Below are positions 27,590-38,249 of a DNA stretch of 64,000 nt, piece after piece. Made by a program: the position numbers and the translations under genes. Under the pieces are notes generated by a model. The model was not told the origin of the DNA. It saw only the letters and a list, made by a program, of their open reading frames with translations, and searched no databases. The stretch comes from Bacteroidota bacterium. GTDB taxonomy: Bacteria; Bacteroidota; Bacteroidia; 2-12-FULL-35-15. Every line of letters begins with the position of its first letter. Position 1 is the first letter of the stretch. The DNA is taken from positions 56,339-120,338 of the forward strand of contig JAZKBF010000010.1 of NCBI GenBank assembly GCA_040388745.1, written 5' to 3'.

Positions 27590-29623
27590 ATGAAAAAAAT
27601 TCTTCTTCTTACCGTTTTTAACTTTTCATTTTTAACTTTAAGTTGTTTCGCCCAAAACAAAAACATTAATGGTAAGCACAGCCAAGCAATCGATACCCTT
27701 CTATCCCTTCTCAAAACTGACAAATCCGACACCAGTAAAGTAATTCATTTAAATAACTTAAGCAGAGGATATTTTAACATAGGGCTTTACGATACTGCAA
27801 AACTCTATAGCAACAAAGCTTTACAATTAGCCAAAATGCTTAATTATAAAAAAGGCACTTGCCTTTCTTATAATACTATTGGATTGATCTATTGGGGACA
27901 GGGCAATTTCCCAAAAGCTCTCGACTACTATTTCCTGGCTTTGAAAATTGCAGAAGAAAACAAAGATAAAAAGGGAATTGCAGAAACATTCGGAAACATG
28001 GGATTTGTCTATTGGAGTCAGCGCGATTATACTAAAGCAATGGACTACTATTTAAAGGCATATAAAATTGGTGAAGAACTTGGAGATAAAAATATTGTTG
28101 GGATCTATCTCAGTAGGATTGGAATGATCTATTGGGAGCAGGTTGATTACATCACGGCCTTGGATTGTTTTTTCAAATCTTTAAAAATTGCAACAGAAAC
28201 AGGAAATGAAAATTTAATTGCAATGGATCTTGGCAATATTAGTTCTGTTTATGCGCAACAAGGAAATATAAGCAAAGCACTTGAATATAAATTCAAGGCA
28301 TTAGAAATGCAGGAAAAGCTAGGAAATAAATCAGGAATTGCCTTTAATCTTGTTGACATTGGATCGATCTACTCTGGATTAAAAAAGTATAAGGAGGCTG
28401 AAAAGTATATGCTGCAGGCACTTGCTATAGATACAGCAATGGGTTCTCTTCTATGGACCCAATATACTTACAGCAGACTCAGCGATCTTTATTCAGAAAC
28501 CGGCAATTACAAAAAAGCGTTGGAAAGTTATAAAAAAGCAAAAATCATTAGTGATACAATTTTCAATCAGGAAAAAAACAAAGAGATCACCCGTAAAGAA
28601 ATGAATTATGAATTTGATAAGAAAGAGGCCATAACAAAAGTGGAGAACGAAAAACAGCAGGCTGTTGCCGAAGAAAAAAATCGTAAGCAAACAATTATCA
28701 GCTGGTCGGTTGCTGTTGGTTTGTTTTTAGTACTTGTATTTGCAGGTTTTGTTTTTCGCTCTCTTCGCATTACGCGCAAACAAAAACATATAATTGAGTT
28801 ACAGAAAAATGAAGTTTCGCAACAAAAAGAAATTATAGAAAAACAAAAACAAATTGTTGAAGAAAAACAAAAAGAGACTGTTGATTCTATTAATTATGCA
28901 AAAAGTATTCAATACACACTACTGGCAAACCATGATGTATTAAAGCAGAACTTGCGGGAACATTTTGTTTTATTCCAACCTAAGGATATTGTAAGCGGTG
29001 ATTTTTATTGGGCCGCTTCCGTTAAAGGAAACGAAAACCGATCCGCACGTTTTTATTTGGCTGTCTGCGATTCAACCGGGCATGGTGTTCCCGGGGCATT
29101 TATGAGCCTTTTGAATATTTCATTTTTAAATGAAGCAATTATTGAAAAAAATATAGAGCAGCCTGATAAAATTTTAAATTATGTTCGTTCGCGTTTAATA
29201 GAAAGTATTTCAAAAGATGGTGCTCAGGATGGAATGGATGGTATTTTGATGTGTATCGAAAATGAAAAAATTACGTATGCCGCAGCAAATAATGTTCCCT
29301 TACTTGTAAGAGAAAATGCAATTATTGATTTGCATGCTGATAAAATGCCGATCGGCAAAGGGGAGAAAGATATGCCATTTACGCTTCAAACAATTGATGT
29401 TCAAAAAGGCGACACACTTTATTTGTACACCGATGGTTATGCCGATCAGTTTGGCGGACCTAAAGGAAAAAAGTTTATGTATAAACAATTGGATAATTTA
29501 TTGATCGCAACCAATCAGAAATCGATGGAGGAACAAGAACTGTCGCTTTCATTAACTTTGGAGCAGTGGAAAGGTAATCTGGAACAGGTGGATGATATTT
29601 TGGTAGTTGGGATTAGAGTTTAG
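27590..29623 (+). CDS. TPR-TM-coiled coil-SpoIIE/PP2C phosphatase sensor
   Basis: Multiple TPRs, one TM, PKDIVSGDFYW, DSTGHGVPGAFMS, YTDGYADQFGG, DDILV. Confidence 0.9.
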   Translation: MKKILLLTVFNFSFLTLSCFAQNKNINGKHSQAIDTLLSLLKTDKSDTSKVIHLNNLSRGYFNIGLYDTAKLYSNKALQLAKMLNYKKGTCLSYNTIGLIYWGQGNFPKALDYYFLALKIAEENKDKKGIAETFGNMGFVYWSQRDYTKAMDYYLKAYKIGEELGDKNIVGIYLSRIGMIYWEQVDYITALDCFFKSLKIATETGNENLIAMDLGNISSVYAQQGNISKALEYKFKALEMQEKLGNKSGIAFNLVDIGSIYSGLKKYKEAEKYMLQALAIDTAMGSLLWTQYTYSRLSDLYSETGNYKKALESYKKAKIISDTIFNQEKNKEITRKEMNYEFDKKEAITKVENEKQQAVAEEKNRKQTIISWSVAVGLFLVLVFAGFVFRSLRITRKQKHIIELQKNEVSQQKEIIEKQKQIVEEKQKETVDSINYAKSIQYTLLANHDVLKQNLREHFVLFQPKDIVSGDFYWAASVKGNENRSARFYLAVCDSTGHGVPGAFMSLLNISFLNEAIIEKNIEQPDKILNYVRSRLIESISKDGAQDGMDGILMCIENEKITYAAANNVPLLVRENAIIDLHADKMPIGKGEKDMPFTLQTIDVQKGDTLYLYTDGYADQFGGPKGKKFMYKQLDNLLIATNQKSMEEQELSLSLTLEQWKGNLEQVDDILVVGIRV

Positions 29624-29742
29624 GTGCATTTCGGATTGGGGCTTGGAAGTATCCCCAGCAGATGGTTTTGACTTTGTACTATTAAAAATGGAAGTATAAG
29701 AGTAAGTCCTTTTTTAGCAGAATTTTTATTTAGTTTTATCCA

Positions 29743-30669
29743 TTACATTTTGATTGAAATTTTATAAATTCTGCTTAACCCGTTTTCATATTTATTAATG
29801 GTTTTTTCAAATTCTTTCATTGTGGTAAAATTTTGGATACCAATAGAACTTCTTTTACTGGTGAAATAAAGTGTATTTGTAGTTATATCAAAATATGGGC
29901 AATAATCCATAAATTCGGAGTTAACCTCTTTTCCTAAGTTTTTTCCTTTTTCCCATTTGCCTGTTTTGTCTTTAAAGCTGATGTATAAATCACCACTTCC
30001 GAGCCCGTCTTTTCTGCCATAAATTGTATAAATGATAAAATTTTCGTTAGGAGAAATATAGGCATTGAATTCGTATCCTGCACTATTTATATTGCTATCT
30101 AATGGTGCAGAAATTGTATAATTTGTGCCATCCCATTTGCTGAAATAGATATCATCTTTGCTTGATGAATTTTGGGCATCAGAAGTAAAATATAAATTTC
30201 TATTTATTGCCAATGAAGGATAAAATTCATTGTTAGATGTATTTACAATTTCCCCTAAATTGATTGGCTCTGACCAGTGGCTTTTTAAGTTTGTTCTTTC
30301 AACATACCAAATGTCATAATCTTTCGCTTTTGACAGGGAATCAATTATTGGTCTATTGGACGAAAAGTACAGTTTTAAACCATCGGATGTTAAAAAAGGC
30401 TCTATATCTCTATATTTACCGGTGAAATTAACTAATTCAGGTTCGGACCAATTTCCATTATTTTTTTTTGTATAGGCAATTACTGATATTTCTTCATGAG
30501 GACTTTGTATACTAAAATATGCCTCATTTTGATTTTGAGAAATAGTAAAATCCCGTACGTTACTATATTTTGAAAGAAACTCAAAAGCGGGGAGGGGAAA
30601 TACCGTGTTCTGTGCAAATGCCGATAATGATATACAAAGTATAGTTAATTGAAAAAATATTTTTGTCAT
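29743..30669 (-). CDS. Exported WD40-like (PD40/TolB-like) beta-propeller protein
   Basis: Signal peptide; DIEPFLTSDGLKLYFSSNRP, EFYPSL, YFTSKR. Confidence 0.8.
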   Translation of the reverse strand: MTKIFFQLTILCISLSAFAQNTVFPLPAFEFLSKYSNVRDFTISQNQNEAYFSIQSPHEEISVIAYTKKNNGNWSEPELVNFTGKYRDIEPFLTSDGLKLYFSSNRPIIDSLSKAKDYDIWYVERTNLKSHWSEPINLGEIVNTSNNEFYPSLAINRNLYFTSDAQNSSSKDDIYFSKWDGTNYTISAPLDSNINSAGYEFNAYISPNENFIIYTIYGRKDGLGSGDLYISFKDKTGKWEKGKNLGKEVNSEFMDYCPYFDITTNTLYFTSKRSSIGIQNFTTMKEFEKTINKYENGLSRIYKISIKM

Positions 30670-30768
30670 AAACCAAAGTTCATTAAAATTACTGATAACA
30701 GTTAAAATATGGTCGTTTTTTAGTTGGGGGATGAAATTTTTTTTAATGAATTTACTTTTGGGGTAGAA

Positions 30769-30799
30769 AACCTGACAGGTTTTTAAATCCTGTCAGGTT
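30769..30799. repeat. Short REP-like palindrome
   Basis: AACCTGACAGG-TTTTTAAAT-CCTGTCAGGTT. Confidence 0.7.
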
Positions 30800-30886
30800 G
30801 AATAATTGGAGATTATATGAGGATGAACTTAAAATGAAATCAAACAATTTTTGATGCTGTTCTATTTCTTTAGATTTCAACATATT

Positions 30887-32050
30887 TTAATTTGCAACCG
30901 TATTCTTTGTTTGCTGAATTATCTCTTCTTCTTTACGATAATGAACTCCGCGTTCTTTTAAATAATTTATAAAATGGTTAAAACATACAGCTTGTTTACT
31001 AACCAATTCTGGAGGGAAAACACCTTTTTCAGTGAAAAGATTTTCTAATACAAGGTTAACACCTGCCGTAGCCGTATAACCTGTTGTACGTGCCATTGAA
31101 GATGTCTGTGTTTCTTTATTGTATTCATCGTGCAAATGGTAGCTTACTTTTTTAGTAACTCCATTTTCATCACCAATTAATGTAACTCTCATAACTGTGA
31201 TCTCTTCTTCTGTTTCACCTAACTTCCAATCGTTGAATAAAACTTTAGAGGTAAAGTCCAAAGGAATAACATCAACACCATTTACCTGTATTGGTTCTTT
31301 ACTAAGAAAACCTGAATCGCGCAAAGCAAGTACCTTTTCAATATGCCCCGGATAACGCATCGTTTTTTCTTTCATATTTTGGATATGAGGCATTGTGAAA
31401 ATGATTGAACGTAATCCATCTGAATTAAACGTTTCAAGTGTTCCTACGCCTTCCATTTCAATGTGTTCAATATCCGACATGGCAGGTTTGGTAACAATTT
31501 TACCATTTTCTACATATCTTGCAGGTCGTGTATATTCTTCGATCACATCAATAGGTGAAAAAGGAGCTTTATAATTAAAAGGCCATTTTTTTACTTTAGG
31601 CAATCCACCAACCAAACATTCAAAATCGGTAAGTTTCATTTTTTCATTATAATACCCTAAAATGATATTATCCATGCCGGGAGCTACGCCACAATCAACA
31701 ATTGCGGTAACTCCTTTTTGTTTTGCCAAAGCATCCAGATCAAGCGAATTTTCAGGGAAGAAAGAAATATCCACTACATTTTTACCTGTTTCAATGATCG
31801 TTTTTAGGGTTTCGAATCCCATAAAACCCGGTACTGCGCAAACTACAATATCAAAGGGAGTTATTGCCGAAATTAATAGCGCTTTGTCTTTAGCGTTTAG
31901 TTGAAGCGTGCTTATGCTTTGATTTTTTTGTTTTAATTTTTCCAAAGCTTTGTCGCTCAGATCAGCAACTGTTACACTGTGTTTTTTTGCTAAGTCAATA
32001 GCCATAGCACTTCCTACCATTCCGGCACCTAATACAATAATTTTTTTCAT
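30887..32050 (-). CDS. Saccharopine dehydrogenase / lysine 6-dehydrogenase family protein
   Basis: GAGMVG, DCGVAPG, VGGLP, YTRPARY, MARTTGY. Confidence 0.88.
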   Translation of the reverse strand: MKKIIVLGAGMVGSAMAIDLAKKHSVTVADLSDKALEKLKQKNQSISTLQLNAKDKALLISAITPFDIVVCAVPGFMGFETLKTIIETGKNVVDISFFPENSLDLDALAKQKGVTAIVDCGVAPGMDNIILGYYNEKMKLTDFECLVGGLPKVKKWPFNYKAPFSPIDVIEEYTRPARYVENGKIVTKPAMSDIEHIEMEGVGTLETFNSDGLRSIIFTMPHIQNMKEKTMRYPGHIEKVLALRDSGFLSKEPIQVNGVDVIPLDFTSKVLFNDWKLGETEEEITVMRVTLIGDENGVTKKVSYHLHDEYNKETQTSSMARTTGYTATAGVNLVLENLFTEKGVFPPELVSKQAVCFNHFINYLKERGVHYRKEEEIIQQTKNTVAN

Positions 32051-32313
32051 GAAAATTTATTTAAGAATGTGAAATTATTTAATAATTTTTTAATGTTGAT
32101 GGAACGCAAATAAGGCAGATGGTTTATGATAAAAGAAGATTGTTTTACTGCAAAAATCATACGTTCAGATTAGGAGTATTCAATGGGAAATCACAAACCG
32201 GGTAGGGCTACCCAGGGCAGAAATTTGAAAGTTATTTTTGCGAAATTTTTTCTCATAATAAGAATCAAATATACAAAAATTGGATGAAAGGAACCTATGG
32301 AAATCACTTTTTT

Positions 32314-32392
32314 ACCGCTAAGGCGCTAAGGCGCAAAGAAAAAATAAATAAAATCATAGTTGAAAAGCTTAGTGTCTCTGCGTCTTTACGGT
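32314..32392. repeat. Octamer-repeat hairpin element (GCTAAGGC-type)
   Basis: ACCGCTAAGGCGCTAAGGCGCAAAG ... CTTAGTGTCTCTGCGTCTTTACGGT, imperfect inverted repeat. Confidence 0.6.
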
Positions 32393-32428
32393 GATTGTTT
32401 TTGTTTTTTGAGTTTTTAAAGGCGACTA

Positions 32429-32653
32429 TTACAAGCCATTAGTAACAATTTCCTGCACACGACCTACCTGGCGGGTATCAAGTGTTACTTTTATTCCTCT
32501 GGAGTGAAAAGGGGCGCTTGTGAGTATCCATTGCACTTTCCCTCGGGTACGTTTCCCGGTACGTTGGTCTTTTTTCAACACTATATCTACTTCCAAACCC
32601 AATTTAATATTGGTGCGGAACATATTAGGGGTATGAGGAGCAGATAAATTCAT
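32429..32653 (-). CDS. YwbE-family (DUF2196) protein
   Basis: VDIVLKKDQRTGKRTRG...HSRGIKV...GRVQ. Confidence 0.85.
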   Translation of the reverse strand: MNLSAPHTPNMFRTNIKLGLEVDIVLKKDQRTGKRTRGKVQWILTSAPFHSRGIKVTLDTRQVGRVQEIVTNGL

Positions 32654-32797
32654 TATAAATTAATGGGCTATTAAATTTATTTAATTATAATTGACCAAGG
32701 TAATGCTGACTTGTTTCAGCATTTATGAGATTCCGGAACCGGTTTGGAAATACCAAGCTTGTTTCCGATGATCATCAATTTTTTTGTTAGGCCAATA

Positions 32798-34213
32798 TTA
32801 AAGTGTTGATGGGCAAACGAAGGCACTTGTTTTAATTTCCGGGTCAGCAGCAATGATCGTTTTGAAACCACCTTCCACATTGATCAGATTATCATAACCT
32901 CTGGATTTTAAAATAGAAGTATAGATCATGGAGCGATAACCTCCTGCGCAGTGCACAAAATAGGTTTTGTTCTTATCAATTAAAGGCATTTCGTCATTAA
33001 TAGTATCCAAAGGCAAATTTGCCACGTCCAAAATATGTTCAGCTTCATATTCACCTTTTTTGCGGACGTCTAAAATGTTGATGCTTTTATCTGACCGGTA
33101 GGTATCAACAAATGTTTGAACAGAAATAGAATTTATTTGATCCACTTCTTTACCTGCATTTTTCCATGCATTAATGCCTCCTTTAAGATAACCAATTGTA
33201 TTATCATACCCAACACGAGCCAAGCGGATAACGGATTCTTCTTCTCTGCCCTCGTCTGTTATCAATAAAATTTGTTGGTTGATATCCGGTATCAATGTAC
33301 CCACCCAGGGAGCAAATCCTCCATCTATTCCTATGTTGATAGAGTTTGTTATGAAGCCCTTTGAAAATACAATTTGTCCGCGTACATCAAGTTTTAATGC
33401 TCCGGTTTCATTAGCAATGGCTTCAAATTCTTCCGGATCCAACGCTTTTGTTCCTTTTTTTATTACCTCATTAATATTTGCATATCCTTCCTTATTCATT
33501 TTAACATTTAGCGGAAAATAGTTAGGAGGAGGTAGCAAGCCGGTAGTAACTTCAGTTATAAATTCGGCTTTGGTCATGTCGGCCCTTAATGCGTAATTAA
33601 CTTTTTTCTGATTTTCGAGTGTATCGAATGTTTCTTTGCTCATGTTCTTTCCGCAGGAAGAGCCCGCTCCATGTGCCGGGTAAACAATAACAGTACCCGG
33701 TAAAGGCATAATTTTATTACGAAGCGAATCATAAAGTGTTCCCGCCAGATCTTGGATGGTTAAGCTTGATTTAGCTGCTAAATCAGGTCTTCCAACATCA
33801 CCAATAAAAAGAGTGTCACCACTGAAAATAGCATATTCTTTTCCATTTTCATCTAACAAAAGGTAGCTTGTTGATTCCATGGTATGCCCGGGAGTATGCA
33901 ATACTTTAATGGTAATTTTCCCTACTTTTAATTCTTCACCGTCTTTTGCTATGTGTGCTTTAAATGAAGTTGTTGCATTGGGGCCAAAAACAATTGTTGC
34001 TCCTGTTGCATTCGCCAGATCAACATGTCCGCTTACAAAATCGGCATGGAAATGAGTTTCTAAAACATATTTAATTTTTACATTTTCTTTTTCTGCTTTT
34101 TGAATATACGGCTTGGTTTCTCTTAAAGGATCAATCACTACTGCTTCACCTTCCGATTGGATGAAATAGGCTCCCTGAGCTAAACATCCTGTATATATTT
34201 GTTCTACTTTCAT
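32798..34213 (-). CDS. MBL-fold hydrolase fused to rhodanese domains (persulfide dioxygenase/sulfurtransferase-like)
   Basis: ETHFHADF, HTPGHT, SGDTLF, PAHGAGSSCG; C-terminal CAGGYRS rhodanese loop. Confidence 0.9.
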   Translation of the reverse strand: MKVEQIYTGCLAQGAYFIQSEGEAVVIDPLRETKPYIQKAEKENVKIKYVLETHFHADFVSGHVDLANATGATIVFGPNATTSFKAHIAKDGEELKVGKITIKVLHTPGHTMESTSYLLLDENGKEYAIFSGDTLFIGDVGRPDLAAKSSLTIQDLAGTLYDSLRNKIMPLPGTVIVYPAHGAGSSCGKNMSKETFDTLENQKKVNYALRADMTKAEFITEVTTGLLPPPNYFPLNVKMNKEGYANINEVIKKGTKALDPEEFEAIANETGALKLDVRGQIVFSKGFITNSINIGIDGGFAPWVGTLIPDINQQILLITDEGREEESVIRLARVGYDNTIGYLKGGINAWKNAGKEVDQINSISVQTFVDTYRSDKSINILDVRKKGEYEAEHILDVANLPLDTINDEMPLIDKNKTYFVHCAGGYRSMIYTSILKSRGYDNLINVEGGFKTIIAADPEIKTSAFVCPSTL

Positions 34214-34214
34214 G

Positions 34215-34345
34215 TTACAACGAATTACGAATTTTAACGAATTTCTGGTTACAAATAATCGAATGTTTACGAATTTACGAATCTGTAGGTTTAAACAGTT
34301 TCAAACACAGATTCGTAAATTCGTTTTTTATTCGTTATCCGTAAC
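34215..34345. repeat. Heptamer-repeat hairpin element (ACGAATT units)
   Basis: Perfect 17-bp inverted repeat CGAATTTACGAATCTGT (34270-34286) / 34307-34323. Confidence 0.75.
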
Positions 34346-34348
34346 CTT

Positions 34349-35680
34349 TTATCGGATCAATGAAATATTTCCTTTTTTATTTACTTCTTCCCCGGTAAGA
34401 TCTTTTGCTTTGATATAATATACAAATACCGCTGGGTCCAGAGGTTTACCTTTATAAGTTCCATCCCATCCTTCAGCAATATTTTCGGTTTCAAATACTT
34501 TTTCTCCCCAACGATTAAAAATGGCAAAATAAAAAGAGGTTATACATTTTTCCCATCCTTGTAAAATAAACAGATCGCTGCGTCCGTCATTATTAGGTGA
34601 AAAGGCATTTGGAGTTGTAAGCTCGCTACATACATAGGGTGGAGGTTCACCGGCATTTAATGTCCAGGGAGCATAAGTATTAATACCTGTTACATTAACT
34701 GTATTATTAGTGACGTTGCAAGTCCCAAAAGCAGGATTTTGCCATTGTATTCCGCTCCACATCCATCCTTTCAAACTATCTTCAACAATATCATTCGTAC
34801 TACCTCCCGTAAGATCCCACTCATCATCACGGTAAGTGAACGTTAGATCAGCAGTAGGATTGGAGGAATAATTTGTAGCATCAACTACCCAGAAACGATC
34901 AGCACACGTAACATCGCTTTCGTCTCCACTAAATGCATTCAAATTGGTAACTCCGCTTGGTAAAGGGCGGTTATTGGGGATGGAAGTAACAGATGTTGGA
35001 TAAGTTGCTACAGAAATATTTCCAATAGTGCTTTGTGCTCCGGCAGAAGTAACATCATAAAGAAAAGGAATATAAGTACCGGAAATGGTTCCAAAAGGAT
35101 ATGTATAATTGCTTGAAGTATTTCCCAGATTCCATTGAATTCTCCCGTAACCGGGGCCGGGATCTGTTTCGGAAATAATATAGCCACTTGTACGGGTGAT
35201 AGCAGTGGAAGCGGGATTAGTAACAATAACTGTTTTACTATTTAGATCAAAAGTATTGGAATTTAATGAAAGCACTCCGGTATTTCCTGCAACAATAGTA
35301 TTGATGTCCAGCGTTTTTGTACCTACTCCCTGCAAGTCAAGATTATTGAATGTTGTTGTTTGAGTCCCTTGAATAGTTTGAGTTGCACCCGATAAAATAA
35401 CGGTTCCTGTTGTTGGGTCGAGACAACCCAGCGGTTCACTGTTCGTCCAGTCGCCAGTCAAATAAATATCACCTTGGTTATGAATAAATCCCTGAACGGT
35501 ATTAGACACGTGCCCATCCACAAATAAAATAGTGTTTGGGTAAACAGTAATATCAGTACCTCCGTTGTAAAAATTGGTTTGAGAAAAAGAGAAAAAAGAA
35601 GCAAAAAGACTAAAGCTCATTATAAAGAAAATGAGAAGTAGAGGAGATAAACGATATGAAATAGAAGATTTTTTTTTCAT
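34349..35680 (-). CDS. T9SS type B cargo (gliding-motility-associated CTD) protein
   Basis: Signal peptide; CTD PNAFSPNNDG...IFNRWGEKVF...WDGTYKG...KGNISLIR. Confidence 0.88.
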   Translation of the reverse strand: MKKKSSISYRLSPLLLIFFIMSFSLFASFFSFSQTNFYNGGTDITVYPNTILFVDGHVSNTVQGFIHNQGDIYLTGDWTNSEPLGCLDPTTGTVILSGATQTIQGTQTTTFNNLDLQGVGTKTLDINTIVAGNTGVLSLNSNTFDLNSKTVIVTNPASTAITRTSGYIISETDPGPGYGRIQWNLGNTSSNYTYPFGTISGTYIPFLYDVTSAGAQSTIGNISVATYPTSVTSIPNNRPLPSGVTNLNAFSGDESDVTCADRFWVVDATNYSSNPTADLTFTYRDDEWDLTGGSTNDIVEDSLKGWMWSGIQWQNPAFGTCNVTNNTVNVTGINTYAPWTLNAGEPPPYVCSELTTPNAFSPNNDGRSDLFILQGWEKCITSFYFAIFNRWGEKVFETENIAEGWDGTYKGKPLDPAVFVYYIKAKDLTGEEVNKKGNISLIR

Positions 35681-35790
35681 GCTCTTAAAAAAGATATATA
35701 AAGATAACTTAATTCTTTTTATTTTTCTGATTTAGTTCGAAGATTTTTTTACCATTCACCGGACTGCTGGTATTTTCGCTTAGTCAGGTA

Positions 35791-37872
35791 TTACGGAGTT
35801 AAAGTTATAATTTTTGTGCTTGCTGTACTTGTACCGCAAGTATTTTCAGCGGTAACACTAATTATGCCTCCATAAGTAACGGCAGATAATTCTACATGTC
35901 CACCGGCACCTGCGGATGAAGGTCCGCTATTGCCATTACCACCGCCTCCACCACCACCATAATTAGTGGGTGCTGTTGCTGCAATATTTGTGGGGTATGT
36001 GTTAAAACAAGACCCTCTGCCACCGTTTCCGGCATTACCGCCACCACCGGCACCACCAAGGCCATAATTTGTTGGTCCATCCCAACCTCCAATAGGATAG
36101 AATATTGGAGGCGGCCCTCCGTTCGAACCATTACCTGTGGAACCAGCGGCACCACCACCACCACCACCTAAATAGGTATATTGTGAGTCCCCCCCATTTC
36201 CCCCCGTTCTATTAGTTGATCCACCAGAGCCGATTCCTCCTGCTCCACCAAACCCGTTTCCACCACTTTGAAATCCGCCACCACCGCCAGTGGCTGAAAT
36301 CAGGGCATCTACACTTGATGTGCCTCCTGCTACTCCCCCCCAACCGGTTAGTCCACCATCTCCAACAGTAATTGCTAAGGAAGCTCCAGAAAGGCCTGAA
36401 AACGTACCGCTCGAATAACCGCCACCACCGCCACCACCATATCCATTATTACCACCACCGCCACCACCACCAATAACAGTAATAGTTGCCGCGGTTATGC
36501 AATTACATGTATATGAACCTGATGTAGTAAATATAAGTGCAGGTGCGGATGCGAAGCTAACAGTGATAGATGTTGTTCCTTGGCCCGCAGTGATAGTTGC
36601 GCATGGAGGAACTGTCCATGTATACGTTGTTGCACCAGCTACCGGAGAAATAGAGTAAACAATACCTGTTGAACCGGAAGTAACCGGTGAAAGGCCGGTA
36701 ATGGCTCCGGGAGCAGCCGGACCGCCAACAGAAGATACAACAGCCAGTGAGCTTGATGTGCTTGTGCCACAGGTGTTTCCCGCGGTTACGTCAATATTGC
36801 CTGAAGTGCTACCAAACGTAACAGTAATGGAAGTTGTTCCTTGTCCGGCTGTAATAGTAGATCCAGAAGGAACAGTCCAGGAATATGATGTAGCACCGGT
36901 TACCGCAGAAATAATATATACATTTCCGGCACTTCCATTGCAAAATGTTGCACTTCCCGTAATGATACCTGGTTGTGCCGGAATTTGGCAGCCTCCGCAC
37001 GACATACTCACCCATACACTTCCTAAACCATCCCACCATTCGTAGCAATTGGTTGTTATATTAAAGATCAATAAAGATTGTGCTGGTGAAATAATTGCAT
37101 TGCGTTGCATTGTGGTGATGCGTGGAACAAGAAGTCCCATAGTTGTGCTTGTAACTTCCAATGCTGCGGAAGCAGCAGGTGTTGTTCCCGTGTTGATGCC
37201 AACATTTGTTCCATTATCATAAATGATTGAATTGCAAAGTTCAGTTGTGCTTGTAAATTTTGTTACATAATTTGTAGTTGAACCACTGCAAATTGTGCCA
37301 GGGCCAGTAGAACCCACTGATCCTGTGCTTCCTGTCAAACCGATGGAACCGGTTGTCCCCGAATTCCCTGTACTACCAGTAAAGCCTATAGAGCCTGTTG
37401 ATCCCGTTAATCCATTTATTCCAGTTATTCCAGTGCCTGTAGCCCCAACATTCCCGGTAGCGCCCGTTGATCCTGTGTTGCCATTACTTCCCGTTGAACC
37501 GGTACTCCCTGATCCTCCTAAACCATTGTTGCATAATGATTTCCAGTTTGTGGTTGTTGCATTCCAATAAAAAAAACACGAGGAATCGGTATCAAATACT
37601 AATAAACTATTTGCAGGTGAAGGGATGGATAGCCGTTGAACAGCTTTCATACGAGGAACCAGAACTCCTTTGTTATTAGTAGGGCTTGCATCAATATCCA
37701 GTAAAGCGGATGGGGCAGGAGTTAATGTTCCAACGCCAACATTATTGTTTTGAGCTAAACAATTTGTCTTGGTTAATAAATTAACTAAGAATAGAAGCAC
37801 AATAATTACCTGCCCGAATGAATGCATTTGGTTTGGAAGAACAAATCGTAAACTTCTTCTTAGAATTTTCAT
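35791..37872 (-). CDS. Secreted fibre-like protein: NVGxGT module x2, collagen-like segment, PKD-like domains, Gly-rich domain
   Basis: 693 aa. SALLDI...KGVLVPRM module twice, about 22 Gly-X-Y triplets, two PxxPGxITG...TTSITV repeats, poly-Gly domain. Confidence 0.8.
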   Translation of the reverse strand: MKILRRSLRFVLPNQMHSFGQVIIVLLFLVNLLTKTNCLAQNNNVGVGTLTPAPSALLDIDASPTNNKGVLVPRMKAVQRLSIPSPANSLLVFDTDSSCFFYWNATTTNWKSLCNNGLGGSGSTGSTGSNGNTGSTGATGNVGATGTGITGINGLTGSTGSIGFTGSTGNSGTTGSIGLTGSTGSVGSTGPGTICSGSTTNYVTKFTSTTELCNSIIYDNGTNVGINTGTTPAASAALEVTSTTMGLLVPRITTMQRNAIISPAQSLLIFNITTNCYEWWDGLGSVWVSMSCGGCQIPAQPGIITGSATFCNGSAGNVYIISAVTGATSYSWTVPSGSTITAGQGTTSITVTFGSTSGNIDVTAGNTCGTSTSSSLAVVSSVGGPAAPGAITGLSPVTSGSTGIVYSISPVAGATTYTWTVPPCATITAGQGTTSITVSFASAPALIFTTSGSYTCNCITAATITVIGGGGGGGNNGYGGGGGGGYSSGTFSGLSGASLAITVGDGGLTGWGGVAGGTSSVDALISATGGGGGFQSGGNGFGGAGGIGSGGSTNRTGGNGGDSQYTYLGGGGGGAAGSTGNGSNGGPPPIFYPIGGWDGPTNYGLGGAGGGGNAGNGGRGSCFNTYPTNIAATAPTNYGGGGGGGNGNSGPSSAGAGGHVELSAVTYGGIISVTAENTCGTSTASTKIITLTP

Positions 37873-38249
37873 ATTTTAATTTTATTTAAAAAAAATATTT
37901 TTGTACTTAAAAACGGTAAAAGTAATTTAATAAATTCAAAGGTAGAGCTTGTATAAATATTAAGGGGAAATATTTTATAGCCAACGAAAAGTCTTCGGCT
38001 AAGCTTAGATGGACCATGTGCAGTGTCATATTGAGCAAGTCCAATATGTGCGAAGGCTTTGAAGATTGATATTTTTATTCAGTTAAATAAAATAAAAACA
38101 AGTTCAATTTTTTTTGATTTAATTAGAGATTATTTGGGAGAGAAGCGAAGGCTTATATTCGTATACCCAAGGAACAGCTAATTTGCAGCCTTGCAATTTT
38201 ACAAGAGTCGGAATTGAGGATAGTTTATAAACTTAAAAATTATTTTCAC

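Noticed and set aside
34212-34418. 68-aa plus-strand ORF
   Set aside because: It is a translation of the ACGAATT repeat hairpin and overlaps the end of the T9SS cargo gene.
35892-37570. Alternative ORFs 35892-36167, 36701-37045, 36809-37048 and 37295-37570
   Set aside because: Shadow frames of the Gly-rich, PKD-like and collagen codons, which lack stops in other frames.
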